This document shows, piece after piece, positions 19,400 through 28,759 of a stretch of 64,000 nucleotides of DNA. Location: assembly GCA_043800535.1 (NCBI GenBank), contig JAZDMV010000002.1, positions 11,378-75,377 on the forward strand, given 5' to 3'. This DNA comes from a bacterium. Its GTDB lineage: Bacteria > Patescibacteriota > Minisyncoccia > Portnoybacterales > GWB1-42-6. Made by a program: the position numbers and the translations under genes. The notes under the pieces are model-generated. The model was given only the letters and a program-made list of their open reading frames with translations. It had not been told where the DNA came from and searched no databases. Within the stretch, counting starts at the first letter, position 1; each line of letters opens with the position of its first letter.

Positions 19400-21139
19400 A
19401 TGGATAAACAATCTAAACTTGATATATTAAGGCACTCAACTGCGCACATACTCGCCGCCGCGGTTTTAGATATGTTCCCCGAAGCAAAATTTGCCATCGG
19501 TCCGACAATTGAGGATGGCTTTTATTATGATTTTGATCTGCCGCGAACTTTAATTCCCGAAGACCTTCCGCTACTTGAAGAAAAAATGCGTGAGATTATC
19601 AAGCAAAACTCTCCATTTGAGCGCTCGGAAATTTCCGTCAAAAAAGCCCAGGAACTTTTTAAAAAAGCCAAACAGCCATATAAAGTTGAACTGATAAAAG
19701 ACCTAGTCAAAAATGAAAAAGCGAAAAATGTTTCGGTTTATAGAACCGGAAGTTTTGTGGATTTATGCCGCGGCCCTCACATTGATTCAGCCGGCGAAAT
19801 AAAATTTGATGCTTTTAAATTATTAAAAATCGCCGGCGCTTATTGGCGCGGCTCGGAAAAAAATAAAATGCTTCAGCGCATCTACGGCACGGCTTGGGAG
19901 AGTAACGCTGATCTTGAAACATACCTCCGAAAACTTGAAGAAGCCGAAAAGCGCGACCACAGAAAACTCGGCCAGCGCCTCGGATTATTTTTCTTTGATG
20001 AAACCGCGCCTGGCATGCCCTATTGGCTGCCAAAAGGCCTGCATATAATAAATTCCTTGATTGATTTTTGGCAGAAAGAACATCAAAAACGCGGCTATGT
20101 TGAAATTTCTACACCGCTTTTGAACAAAAAACAGCTCTATGAAACTTCGGGCCACTGGGAGCATTACCGAAAAGAAATGTTCCTTTTCCAAACCGAAGAG
20201 AAAGAAACCTACGCCCTAAAACCCATGAACTGCCCGAATGCCATGATCGTTTACAAACACGAGCCGCGCAGCTACAAAGAATTGCCCTTGCGACTTGGCG
20301 ACACAGATATTTTACACAGAAACGAATTAAGCGGAACTTTAAGCGGGCTTTTTCGTGTCCGCGCCCTCCGCCAGGACGACGCCCATATTTTTATCACCGA
20401 GGAGCAAATCAAGAGCGAACATGAAAACATTTTTGAAATTGCCGATCTCTTTTACTCGCTTTTTGACATTGACTACTATTTTCGCTTAAGCACGCGGCCG
20501 GATGAATTTATGGGTGATAAAAAGTTGTGGGAAAAAGCAGAAAAAGCGCTAGAAGACATTTTGAAAGCCAGCGGGAAAAAATATATTATCGGCGAAAAAG
20601 AAGGCGCGTTCTACGGCCCGAAAATTGATATCTTGATGAAAGATTCGCTCGGCCGCGAATGGCAGACAGGCACTATCCAGCTTGATTTTCAGCTGCCGCT
20701 TCGCTTCAACTTGACTTACACCGACCAGAACGGCAAAGATAAAACTCCGGTGGTAATACATCGTGTGATCTACGGGTCGCTGGAAAGATTTATCGGGATT
20801 TTGATTGAACATACTGCCGGCGCTTTCCCGGTTTGGCTGGCTCCGGAACAGGTCTGGATTCTGCCCATCGGCTCGCGCCACGAAGAATACGCTGTTAAAG
20901 TCGCTGAGGCATTAAAGACGCAAAATATCCGCATCACCGTCAAAAACGAGAATGAAACCATCGGCAAAAAAATCCGCGAAGGCGAAATGCAAAAAATCCC
21001 CTATTTATTAATCGTCGGCGACAAAGAAGTTGCCGCCGACTCCGTGGCTGTCCGCGAACGAGGCAAAGGTGACTTAGGACCGATGAAATTGGATGAATTT
21101 GAAAAAAAGGTCATAGACGAGATAAAAAATAAAAAATAA
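19400..21139 (+). CDS. thrS: Threonine--tRNA ligase
   Basis: RHSTAH, DLCRGPH, RDHRKLG, KPMNCP, QDDAH and HR..GSLERF motifs. Confidence 0.98.
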   Translation: MDKQSKLDILRHSTAHILAAAVLDMFPEAKFAIGPTIEDGFYYDFDLPRTLIPEDLPLLEEKMREIIKQNSPFERSEISVKKAQELFKKAKQPYKVELIKDLVKNEKAKNVSVYRTGSFVDLCRGPHIDSAGEIKFDAFKLLKIAGAYWRGSEKNKMLQRIYGTAWESNADLETYLRKLEEAEKRDHRKLGQRLGLFFFDETAPGMPYWLPKGLHIINSLIDFWQKEHQKRGYVEISTPLLNKKQLYETSGHWEHYRKEMFLFQTEEKETYALKPMNCPNAMIVYKHEPRSYKELPLRLGDTDILHRNELSGTLSGLFRVRALRQDDAHIFITEEQIKSEHENIFEIADLFYSLFDIDYYFRLSTRPDEFMGDKKLWEKAEKALEDILKASGKKYIIGEKEGAFYGPKIDILMKDSLGREWQTGTIQLDFQLPLRFNLTYTDQNGKDKTPVVIHRVIYGSLERFIGILIEHTAGAFPVWLAPEQVWILPIGSRHEEYAVKVAEALKTQNIRITVKNENETIGKKIREGEMQKIPYLLIVGDKEVAADSVAVRERGKGDLGPMKLDEFEKKVIDEIKNKK

Positions 21140-21167
21140 TTTTAAATTTTAGAAATTTTAGATATGA

Positions 21168-21198
21168 AAAAGGAGAGCTCTTTTGGCTCTCCTTTTTT
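21168..21198. terminator. Bidirectional intrinsic terminator
   Basis: AAAAAGGAGAGC..GCTCTCCTTTTTT between convergent genes. Confidence 0.75.
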
Positions 21199-21223
21199 AC
21201 TTAACAGACTAAATAGCAAATGT

Positions 21224-21595
21224 TTAAGGAACATGCGAAAGCAATAAGCGACGGAATGGACACCTTTCCCTGTGCTGACAAGGTTCTTTGCATTCGTTTA
21301 CGTCGCTGACCAAGCAAAACTTCAAAGAAAAATCTGGTTTTTGAGCTGTACACCGAAACTCCTCCAAAATTATACGTTTAACTACACCCTCATAATTCTC
21401 TTCGTAGTTCTCGATAATGGACGCAACAACAAATATTTTGCCCGGTTTTGGCCCGCAAATATCGTAATCTCCGACCACATCAAGCACCAGATCCCCTTCC
21501 CTCAAAAGATCCTCGCCCTTTTCTTTCTCGGAAAATTGAAAAGCCCTGTGCTGTCCATCTAAATAATGCGCTTCCATTACAAAGTACTTAGCCAT
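21224..21595 (-). CDS. Hypothetical protein with Cys-rich C-terminus (SD-led)
   Basis: GAGGAGGTG upstream of the ATG; family not recognised. Confidence 0.6.
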   Translation of the reverse strand: MAKYFVMEAHYLDGQHRAFQFSEKEKGEDLLREGDLVLDVVGDYDICGPKPGKIFVVASIIENYEENYEGVVKRIILEEFRCTAQKPDFSLKFCLVSDVNECKEPCQHRERCPFRRLLLSHVP

Positions 21596-21671
21596 AACGC
21601 ACCTCCTCTGTCTTGATAGAATGTTGAATTTCTAATATTCTAAGAAATATTGTGTATTAAGAGCTAATTGA

Positions 21672-22850
21672 ATGAAATATTACATAATTACATATGGCTG
21701 TCAAATGAATGAAAGCGATTCTGAAAAGATCGTTGTTTTATTGCAGCGCCAGGGCCACAGACCCGCAAAATCAGAAGCTGACGCCAATTTGATCGTTCTT
21801 AACGCCTGTTCTGTGCGTCAGGCCGCCATGCATCGCGTCTACAGTAAAATAAATCAATATTCGGGTAAAAAGAAGGTAATTCTAGCCGGCTGCGTTTTGC
21901 AAAAAGACAAAAACGCGTTAAAGGAAAAAGTCAGCGAAATTTGGCATCCGGACAGCTATTTTGAATGCCCCTCAGTGTCATTGCGAAGCGCGCCGCCAGC
22001 TGGCGGCGCGCTGAAGCAATCCCGCACTAATACCTCCGTCCACGGGATTGCCACGCTCCCTCCGGTCGCTCGCAATGACGCGACGCCCGCCTATGTGCCC
22101 ATAATGACCGGCTGCAACAATTTTTGTTCTTATTGCGCCGTGCCTTACACGAGAGGACGGGAAAGATCACGGCCGGCGGACGAAATTATTGCCGAAGTAA
22201 AGGCGCTGGTAAAAAAAGGCCATAAAGAAATAATGCTGTTGGGACAAAACGTGAATTCGTATAAATCAAACAGCGTGTCATTGCGAGGAGCCACGTCTCC
22301 TGCGGGGCGACGCGGCGATCCCGACCGTTTACCGCCGTCCACGGGATTGCTTCGCTCCGCTCGCAATGACGTTAATTTTGCAGTTTTACTCAAAATCATC
22401 AACTCCCTCCCCGGCAATTTCCGTCTATCCTTTATGACCTCCCACCCCAAAGACATGTCGGACAAGCTTATTGCAACGATGGCCAAATGTGAAAAATTGG
22501 CAAAAAATCTGCACCTGCCAATTCAATCCGGCGACAATACAATTTTGCGCAAGATGAACCGACATTACACCACAAATCATTATCTGATACTGCTCAAAAA
22601 AATCCGCAAAGCGATTCCTGATATAAAAATTTCAACCGACATAATCGTCGGCTTCCCGGGCGAAACAAAAAAACAATTCCAAAGCACTGTCGCGCTGGCC
22701 AAAAAAGCCAAGTTTTCGGGCGCGTTTGTTGCCAAATATTCCCCGCGCCCCGGCACCGCCGCCGCCAAACTGAAAGACAATGTACCAGTTGAAGAAAAAA
22801 AACGACGTTGGCGGATTTTAGACACGTTGATTAATAAATTCGAGCATTAA
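21672..22850 (+). CDS. miaB: MiaB-like radical SAM methylthiotransferase with two palindromic insertions and no obvious TRAM domain
   Basis: TYGCQMN, N.CSVR, CNNFCSYC, LLGQNVN and DIIVGFPGET motifs; close to miaA. Confidence 0.9.
   Translation: MKYYIITYGCQMNESDSEKIVVLLQRQGHRPAKSEADANLIVLNACSVRQAAMHRVYSKINQYSGKKKVILAGCVLQKDKNALKEKVSEIWHPDSYFECPSVSLRSAPPAGGALKQSRTNTSVHGIATLPPVARNDATPAYVPIMTGCNNFCSYCAVPYTRGRERSRPADEIIAEVKALVKKGHKEIMLLGQNVNSYKSNSVSLRGATSPAGRRGDPDRLPPSTGLLRSARNDVNFAVLLKIINSLPGNFRLSFMTSHPKDMSDKLIATMAKCEKLAKNLHLPIQSGDNTILRKMNRHYTTNHYLILLKKIRKAIPDIKISTDIIVGFPGETKKQFQSTVALAKKAKFSGAFVAKYSPRPGTAAAKLKDNVPVEEKKRRWRILDTLINKFEH
21977..22079. repeat. GTCATTGCGA..TCGCAATGAC palindromic element, in frame in miaB (copy 1)
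   Basis: 10-bp TIR; encodes VSLRS..ARND. Confidence 0.85.
22277..22370. repeat. GTCATTGCGA..TCGCAATGAC palindromic element, in frame in miaB (copy 2)
   Basis: Same termini and internal CCGTCCACGGGATTG as copy 1. Confidence 0.85.
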
Positions 22851-22861
22851 CTAAAGTTTCT

Positions 22862-22955
22862 GTCATTCCGAGCGTGCGAGGAATCTCCCGCGTATGCGGG
22901 ACCCCGTTGCCGACATTCATCGGAAATCCTTCGGCGTAACGCGCCTCAGGATGAC
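22862..22955. repeat. GTCATTCYGAG-family palindromic element (intergenic)
   Basis: GTCATTCCGAG..GAATCT..CTCAGGATGAC; same family as the gatB insert. Confidence 0.75.
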
Positions 22956-23024
22956 GCTTTATGGAAAATAAAAAAGGACCGATTTCTCGGTCCCGAAAAG
23001 GTGAAAGAAAAGAGTACAATGATT

Positions 23025-23309
23025 TTACCCTTTGTCGGCGCGGGTATGAAACGTCAATACCATGGCGGTTTCAATGTCGTACCCAAGTGGTTTAATGACT
23101 TTAACCACGTTCATTATTTCCGGCACAAAATTGCTGATAACCCGCAGAAAAGGCATCTCTTCGCCCTTGAGGTTTTTTGCCTCGTCGTGATAAACGGTGA
23201 CGACGATGTCTTCAAGGCACTTTAACCCCGATGATAAAAGGCAATCTGCGACGATCTTTTTGACAACCTCCGAACCCTCCCCATATCCATGAAGCTCAAT
23301 ATTAGGCAT
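23025..23309 (-). CDS. Small hypothetical protein, possibly tautomerase-like (N-terminal Pro)
   Basis: AAGGAGG SD; MPNIELHG start; the fold is inferred. Confidence 0.6.
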   Translation of the reverse strand: MPNIELHGYGEGSEVVKKIVADCLLSSGLKCLEDIVVTVYHDEAKNLKGEEMPFLRVISNFVPEIMNVVKVIKPLGYDIETAMVLTFHTRADKG

Positions 23310-23353
23310 TTTGCTCCTCCTTTTGTTAAAGAATTTTGATATAAAATCATATC

Positions 23354-24337
23354 ATGCTAGATAATAATTGTCAAGATAAAGATGCTCCAAAGCTAATCGT
23401 CGTTCTCGGCCCGACTGCTTCCGGCAAGTCGGATTTAGCTGTGGAAATCGCCCACAAATTCAATGGCGAGATTATTTCCGCTGATTCGCGGCAGGTTTAT
23501 CGCGGAATGGATATTGGGACCGGCAAAATTACAAAAAAAGAGATGCAAGGTGTTCCTCATTATCTGCTGGATGTCGCTGACCCAAAACGCCGCTTTACTG
23601 TCGCCCAATACAAAAAATTAGCGCTGGCCGCAATAAAAAAGATACAACGCAAAAATAAAATCCCGATTATCTGCGGCGGGACGGGGTTTTATATTCAGGC
23701 GCTAGTTGATAATATTTCTATCCCAGAAGTCAAGCCGGATTTGAAACTTCGCACGCGCCTGGAAAAAAAATCTGTCGGAGAACTATTCTCCGAGCTGAAG
23801 TGGCTTGACCCAAAACGCGCCAAAACAATAGACCCCAAAAATCCCCGCCGACTCATCCGCGCGCTTGAAATTATTTATAAAACCGGCAAACCTGTGCCGC
23901 CGTTAAATCCTCCCCGCCCCTCCCTAAAGGGAGGGAGTCCCCCTCCTTTAGGAGGGGCTAGGGGAGATTTTTCTACCCTCTTCATCGGCGTCAAAAAATC
24001 GCCGCATCAACTACGGCGATTGATTTATAAACGCCTGCTCAAACGATTGCGGCAAGGCATGATAGAAGAAGTCAAAAACTTGCGTAAATCTGGCATCTCC
24101 TGGAAACGGCTGGAAGACTTTGGCCTGGAATATCGATACACCGCTAAATATTTACAGAAAAAAACCCTTCGACAAGCTCAGGGTAAATTATACTATCAAG
24201 AAATGGTTTCGCGTCTCCAAAAAGAAATTGAGCATTACGCCAAAAGGCAGATGACGTGGTTCAAAAAAAATCCAAGAATAAAATGGATAGAAAGCGAAAC
24301 TCAAGCGCAAAAATTAGTAAAAAAATTCATAGAATAA
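23354..24337 (+). CDS. miaA: tRNA dimethylallyltransferase with palindromic insertions
   Basis: GPTASGKS, SADSRQVY, GGTGFY, RR..RALE and AKRQMTW motifs; inserts at 23905-23970 and 24164-24184. Confidence 0.97.
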   Translation: MLDNNCQDKDAPKLIVVLGPTASGKSDLAVEIAHKFNGEIISADSRQVYRGMDIGTGKITKKEMQGVPHYLLDVADPKRRFTVAQYKKLALAAIKKIQRKNKIPIICGGTGFYIQALVDNISIPEVKPDLKLRTRLEKKSVGELFSELKWLDPKRAKTIDPKNPRRLIRALEIIYKTGKPVPPLNPPRPSLKGGSPPPLGGARGDFSTLFIGVKKSPHQLRRLIYKRLLKRLRQGMIEEVKNLRKSGISWKRLEDFGLEYRYTAKYLQKKTLRQAQGKLYYQEMVSRLQKEIEHYAKRQMTWFKKNPRIKWIESETQAQKLVKKFIE

Positions 24338-24345
24338 AAAAGAAT

Positions 24346-24377
24346 GAGGGCTGACTGTGATTTCACAGTCAGCCCTC
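24346..24377. terminator. Inverted repeat / terminator between convergent genes
   Basis: GAGGGCTGACTGTGA-TT-TCACAGTCAGCCCTC. Confidence 0.7.
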
Positions 24378-24384
24378 GCGTTGT

Positions 24385-24969
24385 TTAACGTTTGAGCGAG
24401 ATCTTCCCGCTCATGAACTCCATTGGCTCGCCCCAGGGATTCTCTGGCGTGCTCTGCCAGGTATCACTGTTGCAAAGCCCCTTCATCTTATTGCCGCCGT
24501 AGAACATGCGGCAATAAATGCTGCCCTGTCCCGGGTCTGCGCCGTCCACATTGATCGTAATCCCGACGGCCTTATTCCCGGTCCAGTTCAATTCAATCCT
24601 TCCCGACCCAAATCTTTTGGACAGTTTTTTGTCCAAAAAAATCTGCATGTCAGCCCAAGTTTCCGTGTACGGCTGACAATCGGGGTACTCTGGTGGACAA
24701 GGATACGTCACTTTCTGCGTATCGCCCGCCAAGAAAAAAACGTTGAACGAGTCAGACGTTTCGTTCAGCTGGACGTCAACCGAGTTCAGCTCCATTCGTC
24801 CATTCCAGAAGCCCTCAACATAGGGCTCGGTACCACCACAATAGCCGATGCACTCGAACCCCGGGACCTCTCCACCCGCCTTGGCCGTAGGTAAAAAGAA
24901 CAGGCCAACCATCACCATCCCGAAGAACAACCACCCCATAAGCCACATTCCTCTTGCTCTTCCTTCCAT
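24385..24969 (-). CDS. Hypothetical secreted protein (SD-led)
   Basis: GGAGGTG SD, signal peptide ending TAKA, Cys pairs. Confidence 0.7.
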   Translation of the reverse strand: MEGRARGMWLMGWLFFGMVMVGLFFLPTAKAGGEVPGFECIGYCGGTEPYVEGFWNGRMELNSVDVQLNETSDSFNVFFLAGDTQKVTYPCPPEYPDCQPYTETWADMQIFLDKKLSKRFGSGRIELNWTGNKAVGITINVDGADPGQGSIYCRMFYGGNKMKGLCNSDTWQSTPENPWGEPMEFMSGKISLKR

Positions 24970-25127
24970 AACCGCACCTCCTGTTTTTTGGGATTTTGAA
25001 GCTATTTTTGAATATCTATTATTATAGCACCTTATAACTTTCTTGTCAATACTTGACAGTAAATAGTGCATATGCTATATTAGAATATTCGTACCTAACA
25101 CAAAAAATATCCTAAGGAGGTGGGTAT

Positions 25128-25601
25128 ATGAAGCCAGTGGGGCATGTTGTAGCAGGCGGCATTTTAGGAGGAATCGGCCTAGTTTTTGTGGGCTGGACCG
25201 TGGCGATTGGCGCCTTCCTGGGTTCTCTTCTGCCAGATTTTGACCATATTCCCTCTCACTGGCGGATAGACCCAAAAAGCGTCTTCAGTTTTTCTAAATC
25301 TCTGCGCATTGCCGAAATGCTTTATCGACAACACGCGCAGAAACCTTGGTTAGAGTTGGCCTTCCTACACACTATTGAGTTCTTCTTTTTTATTTTTTTA
25401 CTGGCACTTATCTTTCATTCTGCGTTCTTTTGGGCGATACTGGGGGCAATGCTTCTACACGCTTTCCTTGATTATCTAAGTATTGCTACACGCCTGGAAC
25501 CTCTTAGCCTCCGATGCTGGTCAGTTATCCAGTACTTCGTCCGAAAGCACCGGGGTGAAAAAACGTATTTTAATCTTTGGCCACGCGGTGGCGGTCCGTA
25601 G
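25128..25601 (+). CDS. Membrane metal-dependent hydrolase (YdjM-like)
   Basis: N-terminal H, LPDFDH, HTIE and HAFLD motifs with TM helices; AAGGAGG SD. Confidence 0.75.
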   Translation: MKPVGHVVAGGILGGIGLVFVGWTVAIGAFLGSLLPDFDHIPSHWRIDPKSVFSFSKSLRIAEMLYRQHAQKPWLELAFLHTIEFFFFIFLLALIFHSAFFWAILGAMLLHAFLDYLSIATRLEPLSLRCWSVIQYFVRKHRGEKTYFNLWPRGGGP

Positions 25602-25620
25602 CGTCAAAAAGTAATCAAAA

Positions 25621-25656
25621 AAAGACCGTTTGCGAGAATTCTCGCAAACGGTCTTT
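25621..25656. terminator. Perfect 36-bp palindrome between convergent genes
   Basis: AAAGACCGTTTGCGAGAA|TTCTCGCAAACGGTCTTT. Confidence 0.7.
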
Positions 25657-25676
25657 AAAATTTTACATAATATTTT

Positions 25677-27224
25677 CTATTTCAACCGCTTCTTCAAGAT
25701 TTCCTCAACCATCTGCGGATTGGCGCGGCCTTTGGTCGCCGCCATCACTTTGCCGATCAAAAACATCAGCGCTTTTTCTTTGCCGCCTTTAAACTCGGCC
25801 GCGGGCCCCGGGTTTTGAGAAATAGTTTCAGCCACCGCTTTTTCAAGTTCTTCCTCATCACTCACCTGCGCTATCCCCTTTTCTTCTATGACGTGCGACG
25901 GGTCAACACCTGTTTTAAACATTTCGGCTAAGACCGTCTGCGCGCCGCTTGAAGAAACAACGCCCTGCGCGGTCAGCTTTATAAATTCCGCAAAATTCTC
26001 GGCCGTAATTTTTAAATTTTCAAACGGCTGGCCTGATTGGGCAAGCAATTTCTGCAATTCCGTTATCAGATAATTTGCCGCCAGTTTCAGCGCTTTGACG
26101 CAGTCAATTTTTGGCTCGGCCGAGCATGCCCATTCTTTCAGTTCACTCGCCACCCGCTCAAAATAATCGCCCAGCGCTTTATTAACAACGAAAATTTCAA
26201 CGTCGCCATCTGGCAAATTATATTCTTCAACAAATCTTTTTTTACGACTAGCCGGCATTTCGGGCAAAGATGATAGTTCGGCAACAATCTCCGCAGTTTT
26301 TAATGGCGGCAAATCCGGCTCAGGAAAATAGCGATAATCATGCGCTTCTTCTTTGACTCGCTGGGAAACTGTCATCTGTTTTTCGTCAACCCATCCGCGC
26401 GTCTCCTGAATAATTTTTTCACCGGCTTCCAGGGCTTCGGCCTGCCGTTTTATTTCATAATCAATGCCCCGCTCAACCGCCCGGAAAGAATTCAAATTTT
26501 TTATTTCCACTTTAGTCCCTAAAGGCGCTCCGTCATTCTGAGGCAAAACCGAAGAATCTCCCAGCTTGTTTGGGATGAATCCCGCATTCGCGGGTGATTC
26601 CTCGCTACGCTCGGAATGACTTGTGGACGGTCGTAGACTAATATTCACCTCACACCTCATCTGGCCCTTTTCCATATCAGCGTCAGAAACCCCAAGATAC
26701 CTTAAAATAAGCTGAAGTTCCTGGCAGAATTTTTTGGCCTCTATGCCCGAACGTATATCCGGCTCTGTCACCAATTCCATCAGCGGCACGCCTGCGCGGT
26801 TCAAGTCAACCAAAGAATAATCAGTCCCTGCCGGATGCAACAATTTGCCCGTATCTTCTTCCAGATGTATTCTGCGAATTTTTATTTTACAGCCGTCAAT
26901 TTCCAGCCACCCGTTCTGCGAAAGCGGCTTGTCATACTGGCTTATCTGATAGCCCTTGGGCAAGTCTGGATAAAAATAGTTTTTGCGGTCAAATTTGGAA
27001 AATTCCGGAATTTCGCAGTTGAGCGCCCGCGCGGTCTGCAAGACCATTTTCACCGCTTCTTTGTTTGTCACGGGCAAACTGCCCGGCTGGCCTGTGCAGA
27101 CGGGGCAAATGTGGATATTGGGTTCGCCTTCCAAACCAAAACCATTCTCACATCCACAAAACATTTTTGTTTTGGTCTTAAGCTCAACATGAACCTCCAT
27201 TCCGATAACCGCTTCATATTTCAT
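25677..27224 (-). CDS. gatB: Asp/Glu-tRNA amidotransferase subunit B with a palindromic insertion
   Basis: IGMEVHVEL, RKNYFYPDLPKGYQISQ, HLEED, NRAG.PL.E and YRYFPEPDL motifs; insert at 26532-26620. Confidence 0.98.
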   Translation of the reverse strand: MKYEAVIGMEVHVELKTKTKMFCGCENGFGLEGEPNIHICPVCTGQPGSLPVTNKEAVKMVLQTARALNCEIPEFSKFDRKNYFYPDLPKGYQISQYDKPLSQNGWLEIDGCKIKIRRIHLEEDTGKLLHPAGTDYSLVDLNRAGVPLMELVTEPDIRSGIEAKKFCQELQLILRYLGVSDADMEKGQMRCEVNISLRPSTSHSERSEESPANAGFIPNKLGDSSVLPQNDGAPLGTKVEIKNLNSFRAVERGIDYEIKRQAEALEAGEKIIQETRGWVDEKQMTVSQRVKEEAHDYRYFPEPDLPPLKTAEIVAELSSLPEMPASRKKRFVEEYNLPDGDVEIFVVNKALGDYFERVASELKEWACSAEPKIDCVKALKLAANYLITELQKLLAQSGQPFENLKITAENFAEFIKLTAQGVVSSSGAQTVLAEMFKTGVDPSHVIEEKGIAQVSDEEELEKAVAETISQNPGPAAEFKGGKEKALMFLIGKVMAATKGRANPQMVEEILKKRLK

Positions 27225-27286
27225 AAAATCATAATAACACAATAATTCAACAGAAAAAAGAACCATCCATTGGATGGCTCTTTATA

Positions 27287-27892
27287 TTAGAAATTTAATG
27301 ACCCAACTATTTCCCGGTGGATTTCCTGTAAATTTCTTTCCCCATTCACCACCAAAACATCCGGAAACATTCTGCATATTTTTCGATAATTCTCCAAAAC
27401 CTTCTCTAGTTTATCTCTTTTTTCAAAAAACTTGATTCCTTCTCCTCTTTTTTTAATCCGCCGCAAGCATTCTTGGGCACTTACGTCCAAAAAAATTATC
27501 TTGTCTGGATAAAGAAAATCATCATTTAGGGCAACCAGTTTTCCAATCGGCACCGCCAAACCGCCAAAAGCCAATGTTGAAAAAAAATAACGGTCAGAAA
27601 TTACAGTTTTTCCTTCTTTTAGGGCTGGCACAATTTCTTTTTCCAGATGTTCGGCCCGATCCTCGACATACATTTTTTGAAACTTTAAAGGATCACCTGT
27701 CTCCGTCTTTCCATCAAGCGCATCATTAATCTTCTTGCCCGCCTCTGTCCATTTTGTCGGCTCCTTCGTAAAAAAAACAGCCTTGCCTTGTGTCATTAAA
27801 TAACGAGATAGCAAATTTGCTTGTGTGCTCTGCCCCGAACCATCCAATCCTTCAAAAACAATAAATTTGCCGCCGTAAATATTCTTTTGCAT
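27287..27892 (-). CDS. tmk: Thymidylate kinase
   Basis: FEGLDGSGQST (Q replaces the usual P-loop K), KEP, SDRY. Confidence 0.9.
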   Translation of the reverse strand: MQKNIYGGKFIVFEGLDGSGQSTQANLLSRYLMTQGKAVFFTKEPTKWTEAGKKINDALDGKTETGDPLKFQKMYVEDRAEHLEKEIVPALKEGKTVISDRYFFSTLAFGGLAVPIGKLVALNDDFLYPDKIIFLDVSAQECLRRIKKRGEGIKFFEKRDKLEKVLENYRKICRMFPDVLVVNGERNLQEIHREIVGSLNF

Positions 27893-27973
27893 AATTGCCT
27901 CCCTGTTCAAAAATAAAGGGGGCTCGCTGGTTATTTTAACCCAACAACCCCCATAAAGTCCACAATTCAATAT

Positions 27974-28741
27974 CTATTCCATCTCCTTGTTCTGCAGATA
28001 AACTCTTAATTGGGCGATTGCCCAGGCATATTTATAAATATGCAATCCTTTGCTGTAAGCAATCGTCTCGCCCGGCTCAACGCCAATCTCTTTTGCCATA
28101 TATTCTTTCAGAAGCTGTAAAGCGCCAAGATTTACGGGGAAACCGTTCCAGAGGTCCCAAGACCTGAAATAGACAAAAAAATGGAGCTTCCCGTAGCGAA
28201 GGCGCGTATCCACCATTCTTAAGCAAGGCGGATCGCCCAAAAGCACGTCTTCTGGTCTGCCGACTTCCATTGTCGTTTGATTGGTGTGAGGCCCGAATTT
28301 TTTGTAAATTTCTATCACTTTTTCGATCTGGTTCGGCCCGACAATTACAGGATCTTCATAGTCATCCTCTCCGGTCTTTTTGTTCCGGTGCCGCTTAATA
28401 AGTATCCCGCTGAGGCGTTCGCCATAAACATAATACTCATTGTCATCCTTAACCCCCGTAAAAATCTTCTGCTCATAGTAGGTCTGCAAATATCCCGGTT
28501 CAACTGGGCATGGAATGTTCAGGCCAGGCGGAATATCTGGCTCCATCGGCCTAACATGCGGATGGGTTATAGTTATCTTAAAATCGTCAAATTCTGACCT
28601 TGATTCCTCACCCGCATAGCTTCCGTGCGCAACAAAATACCGATAGCTATCTTTGACATTATTCCGCACACACTGGAACCAAGCGTCAGGAATATCCCTG
28701 GCCACAAGCACAGTTGCTTTTAACCAATTTTTTCCATTCAT
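27974..28741 (-). CDS. thyA: Thymidylate synthase (archaeal-like ThyA)
   Basis: DPPCL, FRSWD..GFPVN and GLHIY motifs. Confidence 0.88.
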   Translation of the reverse strand: MNGKNWLKATVLVARDIPDAWFQCVRNNVKDSYRYFVAHGSYAGEESRSEFDDFKITITHPHVRPMEPDIPPGLNIPCPVEPGYLQTYYEQKIFTGVKDDNEYYVYGERLSGILIKRHRNKKTGEDDYEDPVIVGPNQIEKVIEIYKKFGPHTNQTTMEVGRPEDVLLGDPPCLRMVDTRLRYGKLHFFVYFRSWDLWNGFPVNLGALQLLKEYMAKEIGVEPGETIAYSKGLHIYKYAWAIAQLRVYLQNKEME

Positions 28742-28759
28742 GCATCCTGCCTCCTCTCG

